A stretch of 64,000 nt of DNA from an uncultured Bacillales bacterium. Lineage in GTDB: Bacteria > Bacillota_I > Bacilli_A > RF39 > UBA660. The translations under genes and the position numbers were made by a program. The notes beneath the pieces were generated by a model that saw nothing but the letters and a program-made list of their open reading frames with translations, was not told where the DNA came from and did not search any database. This document shows positions 56,198-63,288 of the stretch, one piece after another (within the stretch, counting starts at the first letter, position 1; the number at the start of each line of letters is the position of its first letter). The DNA lies in the NCBI GenBank assembly GCA_946539445.1, contig CAMNHK010000003.1, positions 1,746-65,745 on the forward strand, read 5' to 3'.

Positions 56198-56216
56198 AGT
56201 TTCTTTCTTTTTGTTT
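56176..56216. terminator. Bidirectional terminator built from the overlapping 3' ends of two convergent genes
   Basis: Perfect 10-bp inverted repeat AGAAAGAAAC (56181..56190) / GTTTCTTTCT (56199..56208). It brackets the overlapping stops (TAA 56195..56197 on plus, TAA 56196..56194 on minus), with an A-run on the left and a T-rich stretch on the right. Confidence 0.6.
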
Positions 56217-57939
56217 TATCAATCTCTACAGTACCCTGATTTCCATCTACGGTTAATACATCCTCTTCCCATAGTTTTTTCATAGCTTTTGGTCCAACAC
56301 CAATAACACATGGAATTCCTAATTCACGAGCAATAATCGCCGCATGACATAAGAATCCACCAACTGTCGTAACAATAGCAGAAGATTTCGATAAAATGTG
56401 CATCCATTCTGGATCCGTAAACCAAGCAAGTAAAATATCTCCTTCTTGCCAATCCGTTACTTGATTAATCTTACGAGCATTTACAAAGCGAGCAGGCGCC
56501 GTAACTCTACCAGGAGAAGCCGGAATACCAGAGAATACTTCCTTATCAGAAGACTCTACTTGATCCAAAATATCAATCTTAGAAGTAACAGGACGATACT
56601 GTAACATAACAAGATGTCCATCTAATATCATCCATTCAAAATCAGCTACTTCGGAAGAATGATTCGTTACCATATCTTGATACTTTAGTAACAATTCCCC
56701 AACAACTCCATCTTTACAAGTCAAAGACTCTTCTTTACAAACACCATTTTCCCAAATCTCACATTTTGGAGTCATACGTCCGGATACAAGTTTCTCACCA
56801 TTTCCCCTTACATGCTCCAAATAACCACTCTTGTCATCTTTTCCAATCCAAACACCAGCATATTCTGGTTCTACATATTTTTGAATGACAACAGCCATAT
56901 TAGGCTGCTCCAAATGATTGGTAACAATATATTGTTGAAGTCTAGAATTATTCTTAGAATCAATTACTTTTTTCGTTTTCTTTAATAAATTATCATAAGT
57001 AACATCCAAATAAGAATCAAACATTCCTGCAAAAGAATTCTTTTCACCATCTTCAATATCAGCAGAACTACGAACCGAATAATGAATATCCAAATCTAAA
57101 TCAGCAAACAAATCCCAGTTTACCTCATTCGAATTAACAGGAATGACATAACTCTCAGGGATTGGTAAATTATGGGCAGATAATACCGCTAATCCATAAG
57201 CTTTTCCCCCTACTAATTTTATCATTTCACGGTCTAATCCAGCCAAATAGTATTTCTTTAATTCTTCCATCGAGATGAGAGGTTTTTTCGACAAATCATA
57301 AAAAGCACGATATAAAATTGGATCTTCAATTTCCACATCTACTGGTAGTGGTTTTTCTTCTCGATATACTTCATCCATTTTCATTAAAACTGGCTCAATA
57401 ACACTTTGATAATATCCATGTTGTTTGTCTTGCCATTTCTTTAATATTAAATATTTTTGAAGCAATTCATCCTGATCATCGATCGATCCATCTTTTTCTT
57501 CTTGCAATACCTTCTTACCATCTACGGATAAATTCCCTTTATCGAAGGAAGCAATAACATCCAAATAAGAATCTCCATATTTTTCTCTTATTTTTTGAAT
57601 TAAATTCGTAGCAAAAGAAGCAAGTTCATCTAACGATTCCAATAGTCCATAATAAACCAAAGCTTTCTCAATCATTTCATAATAATGATCAGACTCTTGC
57701 GCTTGTTGCAAATAATAATTTGTCTTATCCCTTAACTCTTGCATCGTTTGATCTAATTCCTCGGCCGAAATATCATTCGAAATATCAACATATTTCAAAA
57801 CATCTTCTAATAAGTCTTCATCATTCATACATTCAAGTAGAATTCTACTAGACCAAGTAGTTAAATCTTCCGGGAAAAATCGATCACAATGATTTTTCTT
57901 AAAATCATAAAACTTTTCAAAACTAACACTTTTTTCCAT
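56194..57939 (-). CDS. PEP-utilising enzyme family protein (PPDK-type ATP-grasp N-domain plus swivel phosphohistidine domain)
   Basis: 581 aa. VGGKAYGLAVL (PPDK_N nucleotide-binding motif) and C-terminal TDPEWMHILSKSSAIVTTVGGFLCHAAIIARELGIPCVIGV (mobile His domain). Confidence 0.85.
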   Translation of the reverse strand: MEKSVSFEKFYDFKKNHCDRFFPEDLTTWSSRILLECMNDEDLLEDVLKYVDISNDISAEELDQTMQELRDKTNYYLQQAQESDHYYEMIEKALVYYGLLESLDELASFATNLIQKIREKYGDSYLDVIASFDKGNLSVDGKKVLQEEKDGSIDDQDELLQKYLILKKWQDKQHGYYQSVIEPVLMKMDEVYREEKPLPVDVEIEDPILYRAFYDLSKKPLISMEELKKYYLAGLDREMIKLVGGKAYGLAVLSAHNLPIPESYVIPVNSNEVNWDLFADLDLDIHYSVRSSADIEDGEKNSFAGMFDSYLDVTYDNLLKKTKKVIDSKNNSRLQQYIVTNHLEQPNMAVVIQKYVEPEYAGVWIGKDDKSGYLEHVRGNGEKLVSGRMTPKCEIWENGVCKEESLTCKDGVVGELLLKYQDMVTNHSSEVADFEWMILDGHLVMLQYRPVTSKIDILDQVESSDKEVFSGIPASPGRVTAPARFVNARKINQVTDWQEGDILLAWFTDPEWMHILSKSSAIVTTVGGFLCHAAIIARELGIPCVIGVGPKAMKKLWEEDVLTVDGNQGTVEIDKTKRKKL

Positions 57940-57943
57940 ATAA

Positions 57944-59464
57944 TCACTCCTTATTAATACTAAAACATTTTTTATCTAGAAATAGATAATCACATCGATT
58001 TAAAATCGATGGTTTGATAACTTGCAATTTACGAATCTTAGGAATCCAATAAAACATTTTTAAAAAAAATGTTAAAGTCCTCCTTCGATCCCCTGGAAAT
58101 CTAGAAATTAACCCTATTCCTGGATAAGAAATATTTTTCTCATGTGCCAAGCAAGAATTACGAACTAATTGAAATAAGTTCAAACCAAATAAATCCAAAT
58201 AAGGACAATGCTGAATAAACCACAAAGTTCGCATAATAGCAAAAATGGGTTCTTTAGGATATCCTATCATAAAGGTAGCCGATACGGTAACATTTTGTTG
58301 AGAAAAATTCTTTAAAACTGGTTTAATACTGTCTAAAGATATTCCTTTCCTCATGTCTTGTAATATTTTTTTATTATAACTTTCAATTCCAAAAGATACA
58401 AAAGAACAACCACTTCGAACCAATAATGAAACTATTTCAGGATCCTGATATTTTCCATCGATTCTGGTTTCCATCATCCACTTTAAAGAAATAGAATGAT
58501 CCACAAAGTATTGTGCAACTTCCACAATTTGATCAACCGGAATGCACTCATCTAAAAATACAATGACATCCATTTTATTTTCCTGATACATTTTTCGAAT
58601 CATTTGACAAATCTTTTTTGTATGGAGCTGTTTATAATTTCCATAATAGTAATAATGGGCACAAAACTTACATTGATGGTGATAGCAACCATAATTTAGG
58701 ATAAGTGGTAATATTCTTTCACGGGATAGATAATGATCCAATGAAAGAAACGAAAAATCAACTGGATAATGAAATACATCATCATCAATATCAGAAGTAA
58801 CTTCAAGGAAATCCTCTTTCCATAAAATCGTATTTTTCAAAGAAACTTTCTTGCCCTGAAAAAACTGAATACACTGATAAATCGTAATTAAATGACCAAA
58901 TAATACAATAGCATCCACACATTGAATTTTATCTAACAGTTCTTTCCCATTTTGATGAATTTGCGTAACATAATTACCACCCCAAATAATAATTACTTGA
59001 GGATTTTTTTCTTTGATTTTTTTTGCGAATCTTATCGCAAAAGGAATTTGATAACCAAAAGGAATTTCCATAAAAACAATATCTTGATCTTGATAATTCT
59101 CCATTGGAAATAAATCAACAAATGGATGTATATCTCGACTAACTTCTAAAAAATCATCCATAGACTGAATCTTCTTATCATAAGAAAACTGACGATGAAA
59201 AGACATATGAAAAGGTTTTAAAAAATCCTGAAATGCCTTTAAAAAATGTTGATTGGCTTCTAATAAATCGATTTTAGAATCTCGAATTTGACTCATCGCA
59301 GAGCATAATGCCTCATCATGAATCGCAATCGAATTTAAAAAATAACCCGTCAAATCCACAAACACATTTTCAACATTCTTTTGATCCAAATAGTTTTTCA
59401 ATAAAACATTACGGACATCTGGATATTGTAAGTTCTCACTTGGAAGAGTATAAATATATATCAT
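57944..59464 (-). CDS. B12-binding-domain radical SAM protein
   Basis: Start at MIYIYTLPSE (ATG 59464 after GAAAGGTG; ATGA overlap with the upstream stop). N-terminal Rossmann-like segment IVFMEIPFGYQIPFAIRFAKKIKEKNPQVIIIWGGNYVTQ. Cluster motif NYGCYHHQCKFCAHYY (Cx4Cx2C). Confidence 0.72.
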   Translation of the reverse strand: MIYIYTLPSENLQYPDVRNVLLKNYLDQKNVENVFVDLTGYFLNSIAIHDEALCSAMSQIRDSKIDLLEANQHFLKAFQDFLKPFHMSFHRQFSYDKKIQSMDDFLEVSRDIHPFVDLFPMENYQDQDIVFMEIPFGYQIPFAIRFAKKIKEKNPQVIIIWGGNYVTQIHQNGKELLDKIQCVDAIVLFGHLITIYQCIQFFQGKKVSLKNTILWKEDFLEVTSDIDDDVFHYPVDFSFLSLDHYLSRERILPLILNYGCYHHQCKFCAHYYYYGNYKQLHTKKICQMIRKMYQENKMDVIVFLDECIPVDQIVEVAQYFVDHSISLKWMMETRIDGKYQDPEIVSLLVRSGCSFVSFGIESYNKKILQDMRKGISLDSIKPVLKNFSQQNVTVSATFMIGYPKEPIFAIMRTLWFIQHCPYLDLFGLNLFQLVRNSCLAHEKNISYPGIGLISRFPGDRRRTLTFFLKMFYWIPKIRKLQVIKPSILNRCDYLFLDKKCFSINKE

Positions 59465-60453
59465 TGTACACCTTTCATTCTTTCCACAACTATCTGTGAA
59501 AAACGCAAATCTGCAATCCATATTTTAATAAAATAAACATCTTGAAGATGAAAACTTTGAATACCAGGTAATCCTCTTAAAGCATCAGAATATTTTTTAT
59601 AATAAAATTCATTGGCAACAACAAAGGTAATAAAATTAGCTTCACTCGCATAAATTGTAAGATTCTTTTCATCTTTTAAAGCTTCATAAAGATAATTTCT
59701 ATTATTCTTCATATACTCAATGGTATTGGAAAAGATATTCAAAATCTTTTCATCTTGAAGTAAGGCAACACAAAACCTTGAAGAATAAGTAGAAATAGAA
59801 TGTGGTGGAAGAAGAGTATTTCGAAAATCTTTCATATCTCGTATAGTAACAAGATAACCAACTCTTAATCCAGATAAGAAGTATTTTTTCGAAAAACTTC
59901 TTAAAATCATGATACGCTCATTTTCTTTTGCCAAGTTGATAAGACCATCCGGCTCATTAGAAAATGATATATAGGCTTCATCGATTAAAATGACACCAGA
60001 AAAACAATGAAGAATGGTATCAATTTGTTCCATTGAGAATTTCTCTCCACTAAACCATCTAGGAGATGAAATACATAAAAAGTCATTTTTGCTGCTTTTA
60101 TAATTTGCTAACTTTTCCACAAAATCGTGACAAGATAAACTAGGAATTTCCACAATATCTTTCTTGTCTTTATAGCAAGATACTCCCCTCGTGTAAAGGC
60201 CAAATTCCGGAGTAGCTAAGAAAACTCTATTCCAACACTTTAACGATAATAAAGTAGGAATAAATTGACTGCTTCCAGCCCCTACATAAATATAATTTTT
60301 GTCTACTCCAATTTTTTTGGATATTTCTTCTAATAATGGATCTGATAATTGATCCATCATATCAAAATTAAAATTCCCGTCAAAAAACTTTTTTTGATTT
60401 TTCAAAACCCATTTTCTTAATATTTTGTTATCATTCCAAACAGATGAAGCCAT
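59461..60453 (-). CDS. Class I/II PLP-dependent aminotransferase or decarboxylase (HisC/CobD-like)
   Basis: Start at MASSVWNDN (ATG 60453 after GGGAGGTG). IDEAYISF and PLP-lysine motif LRSFSKKYFLSGLRVGY. Confidence 0.85.
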   Translation of the reverse strand: MASSVWNDNKILRKWVLKNQKKFFDGNFNFDMMDQLSDPLLEEISKKIGVDKNYIYVGAGSSQFIPTLLSLKCWNRVFLATPEFGLYTRGVSCYKDKKDIVEIPSLSCHDFVEKLANYKSSKNDFLCISSPRWFSGEKFSMEQIDTILHCFSGVILIDEAYISFSNEPDGLINLAKENERIMILRSFSKKYFLSGLRVGYLVTIRDMKDFRNTLLPPHSISTYSSRFCVALLQDEKILNIFSNTIEYMKNNRNYLYEALKDEKNLTIYASEANFITFVVANEFYYKKYSDALRGLPGIQSFHLQDVYFIKIWIADLRFSQIVVERMKGVQ

Positions 60454-60467
60454 ATATACACCTCCCA

Positions 60468-60608
60468 TTAGCAAGAATCAGAACAGTAGTTTCCTCCCAA
60501 TTCAGCTAAAACCACTTTATTATTTGGGAATAAAGTTGTTACTTTTTCTTTAGAGAACAAATTCTTAAAGAAATTGGCAATCTTTTTCGTACTATCACCT
60601 CCTTTCAA
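60468..60608 (-). CDS. Candidate precursor peptide B (46 aa if TTG start; not in ORF track)
   Basis: Hand-translated. TTG at 60608 (AAGGGGA 10 nt upstream) to TAA at 60470..60468 gives (M)KGGDSTKKIANFFKNLFSKEKVTTLFPNNKVVLAELGGNYCSDSC. No in-frame ATG or GTG. A very strong AAAGGAGGTGA lies just inside, so the true start is uncertain. Fills the 171-nt gap between the radical SAM and PLP-enzyme genes. Confidence 0.45.
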   Translation of the reverse strand: MKGGDSTKKIANFFKNLFSKEKVTTLFPNNKVVLAELGGNYCSDSC

Positions 60609-60624
60609 TCTAATTAGTTCCCCT

Positions 60625-61806
60625 TTAGCGTTCCATTCGTCTTTTAACAGCTAGACAAACTCGGCTATTATTATTTTCTTTAGCAATCAGTTTTAAAAAC
60701 TGAAATCTTTTTTTGCTAGACCATACAGTAGCAAAATCTTCTTGTAACAAATTTCCTAAACAGTACTCGGTAATAAAAGGACAGCAGAATACATTTCCAT
60801 TATAGTCAATCGTACATTTACCAATTCCAGCAGAACACTTCCACTGTTCTTTTTGTAAATGTTTTTGTCCATCTTTTCCGAGCAGAAATACTTCACTACT
60901 TTCTCCCTCATCTGGCATCTCTGCATATAACAGCTTAGCGCCAGAATCTAAAGAAGAAAGAACTTCTCTTAATTTTTCCATAAATACTTTATGTTCTTCG
61001 GTATCTAATTTCATATCACTAGTAGCATTTCCAGAATCAATTAAATTCGATATTTGAATTTTATAGACTCCCATTTGATATAGAGTTCGATATAACTCAG
61101 GAATTTGTAAATAATTCATTCGAGACAATACAGAGTTTGTAGTAATTCGATATCCCTTATCAATCATTTTTTGAATATTTCGAATGGTCTTTCGATAATT
61201 CCCTTTTCCACGAATGAAATCATGCGCTTTTTCATCCCCATCAACACTGATAAAGAAATCGAGTTGCTTCGATGGAATCATTCCTAATTCTTTTTCCAAT
61301 TTCTTAGAAAAAGAATCTAACAATATAGCATTCGTAAAAATATTAACTTTAATGTCGTTTTTCAAAAGTTTCGCAACAATCTCCGGTAAGGAAGCAACAA
61401 CCAATGCTTCTCCTCCTGTAATCGTAACTTCCAAGACATTACTATCAATAATTCTATCCGCGATTTTCATTAAATCATTTCTTGGCAATTCCGTAAAATC
61501 CAAATCACCTAAGTAGCAATGTTTGCAATGTAAATTGCAACGATTCGTTACCTTCCATTGAACTTTCAAAGGAAAATCTAGAGAAATATTATCATCATAA
61601 TATTCAATGTTCTGAATTTCTTTTCTCAACATGTGAAGTTCTCTACGCAAAGAAAACGAATTACGATTTAACACTCTCGCCATTTCTCCAATAGTAGTAT
61701 TTTCAAAATAAGCATTTAATAAATCAAAAGTATATTCATTCACAACATAATACTTATTATCATGTTGAATAATATATTGATCATTTCCAATCGATCTTTT
61801 TCTCAT
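60625..61806 (-). CDS. Radical SAM enzyme with N-terminal RRE/PqqD-like domain and partial (twitch-like) auxiliary-cluster domain
   Basis: 393 aa. WKVTNRCNLHCKHCY (CxxxCxxC) and TGGEAL. C-terminal WKCSAGIGKCTIDYNGNVFCCPF without the full CX2CX5CX3C. N-terminal ~70 aa (YYVVNEYTFDLLNAYFENTTIGEMARVL) look like a winged-helix peptide-recognition element. Confidence 0.88.
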   Translation of the reverse strand: MRKRSIGNDQYIIQHDNKYYVVNEYTFDLLNAYFENTTIGEMARVLNRNSFSLRRELHMLRKEIQNIEYYDDNISLDFPLKVQWKVTNRCNLHCKHCYLGDLDFTELPRNDLMKIADRIIDSNVLEVTITGGEALVVASLPEIVAKLLKNDIKVNIFTNAILLDSFSKKLEKELGMIPSKQLDFFISVDGDEKAHDFIRGKGNYRKTIRNIQKMIDKGYRITTNSVLSRMNYLQIPELYRTLYQMGVYKIQISNLIDSGNATSDMKLDTEEHKVFMEKLREVLSSLDSGAKLLYAEMPDEGESSEVFLLGKDGQKHLQKEQWKCSAGIGKCTIDYNGNVFCCPFITEYCLGNLLQEDFATVWSSKKRFQFLKLIAKENNNSRVCLAVKRRMER

Positions 61807-63062
61807 AACCGTACCTCAATAATTCCATCTAAATATAAAGTAATGATAAAATCTTTCATATTAGATATTTTAGGATAAAGAGCAAGTATTTCTTCTCCCG
61901 TTTTTTCCCCATTAAGAGAAGATAAAGTATGATATCCAATAGAATTGATTTTCCTTAGTGGAACACTTATAAGCAAATAATTCTTTTTTTCTTTTCGAAT
62001 CATTACATTTTTCATTATTAATTTTTGATTATGAATCTTTTCCCAAACCTGCTCTTCTTTTTGTAGTAGCAAAGCATCACATGTATGAAGAAAGAACTTC
62101 CCATCTCCTTCCGCATGACATCCACCCTTACACTTTAAGAAAGACTTACAAATCTGACAAGTATTTGGTAGCCAATTCAATTGATAAAATTTTCTTAGTT
62201 CAGGACCATGTAATAGTTTAGAAAGCTTCGTTTGAAAAACATTTCCCAATATATAATTAGAAGATGGACAGATTTTTACATCCCCATTTGCTTCTATCGC
62301 AAACATAGTCTGCCCTGCCCCACAAGAATGAGTTAAATACTGATACTTAGGATCACAACTGCAAGGACTAATACAATTACTAATCGAAATCTTAGAATAC
62401 TCTTGCTTAAGTTTATGGATTTTTTCTAAATAAAGATTAGGATTAATTACTTCGTCTTCTTTTGCATTTCCTAAATAATTAAGTCTTCCAAAACAAACTT
62501 CTAGGTTTCTTTTTTTGGCAAATTCCACTACATATTCCATATTCTTCCCGTGAATCGTATTGAAACTTAAAGTACAGTTAAGTAAAAGAGAAAGATTAGG
62601 ATAATCTTTTAGAAGAATATCAATACTTTTTTGAACACGAGAAAAAGTATGATTCACTCCACATAATGCATCATGACATTTAGGTGTACCATGTAAGGAT
62701 ATTCCAATCGTTTGAACCATTGATAAAATATCCACATCATCCAACAAATGAACTCCATTCGTAACTAACGTTTGATGAAATCCTAGTTCCTGACCATATT
62801 TTAATAATGGTTTAATAGAAGGATATAGTAATGGTTCTCCTCCCGTATAAGTAATGGATACAACACCCATCTGTTTTAATTCCGTTAATAAATTTTTAGC
62901 CGATTCAAAATCCATATGCCGTCTAGAAGCATATGCTTGCGAACAAAAGGAACACTTCAAATCACAAGCTCCTGTTACTTTTAAATAAACATTTACAGGC
63001 GCCATTAAAGTATTCAATGAATAAAAACTATCTACGTTAACCGACTCTACCAAAGCTTCCAT
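61803..63062 (-). CDS. Radical SAM/SPASM enzyme with C-terminal RRE/PqqD-like domain
   Basis: 419 aa. LKVTGACDLKCSFCSQ (CxxxCxxC) and TGGEPLL. SPASM region SCGAGQTMFAIEANGDVKICPS plus CQICKSFLKCKGGC (CX2CX5CX3C). C-terminal YHTLSSLNGEKTGEEILALYPKISNMKDFIITLYLDGIIEV is PqqD-like. ATGA overlap with the next gene. Confidence 0.9.
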   Translation of the reverse strand: MEALVESVNVDSFYSLNTLMAPVNVYLKVTGACDLKCSFCSQAYASRRHMDFESAKNLLTELKQMGVVSITYTGGEPLLYPSIKPLLKYGQELGFHQTLVTNGVHLLDDVDILSMVQTIGISLHGTPKCHDALCGVNHTFSRVQKSIDILLKDYPNLSLLLNCTLSFNTIHGKNMEYVVEFAKKRNLEVCFGRLNYLGNAKEDEVINPNLYLEKIHKLKQEYSKISISNCISPCSCDPKYQYLTHSCGAGQTMFAIEANGDVKICPSSNYILGNVFQTKLSKLLHGPELRKFYQLNWLPNTCQICKSFLKCKGGCHAEGDGKFFLHTCDALLLQKEEQVWEKIHNQKLIMKNVMIRKEKKNYLLISVPLRKINSIGYHTLSSLNGEKTGEEILALYPKISNMKDFIITLYLDGIIEVRL

Positions 63063-63063
63063 A

Positions 63064-63180
63064 TTACTTCACCTTTTTGTCCACTAAAATAAGTCGACAC
63101 TGAGTCATATCAGGACGTAATTCTTTAATAAAAATTTTCTTTCGTTTTCGACGAAAGATAGAAAAAAGTTTTTGAAACAT
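63064..63180 (-). CDS. Candidate precursor peptide A / small basic leader ORF (38 aa; not in ORF track)
   Basis: Hand-translated. ATG 63180 (AGGAAGATAGGTG upstream) to TAA 63066..63064, one nt before the ATG of the SPASM gene. Product is MFQKLFSIFRRKRKKIFIKELRPDMTQCRLILVDKKVK. An in-frame upstream ATG at 63210 would add MIPQEDRCIV. Confidence 0.4.
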   Translation of the reverse strand: MFQKLFSIFRRKRKKIFIKELRPDMTQCRLILVDKKVK

Positions 63181-63226
63181 AACGATACACCTATCTTCCT
63201 GAGGTATCATATTCCTTCGAGTTTAT

Positions 63227-63255
63227 ACTATAATCATGTTCGAACATTCTGTCAA
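63227..63255 (-). promoter_or_regulatory. SigA-type promoter of the radical SAM operon with palindromic spacer
   Basis: Minus strand TTGACA (63255..63250), 17 nt, then TATAGT (63232..63227). The spacer contains the perfect 12-bp palindrome ATGTTCGAACAT (63236..63247). Confidence 0.55.
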
Positions 63256-63288
63256 CCTCTATCATAAAAAAAAGAACAAAAAGACTAA

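Noticed and set aside
60540-60600. Alternative 19-codon frame starting at the GTG inside AAAGGAGGTGA
   Set aside because: The GTG is part of the SD-like sequence itself, so no spacing is possible. The frame ends after 19 codons with no notable features. The longer frame ending in NYCSDSC is more plausible, although its start codon remains unresolved.
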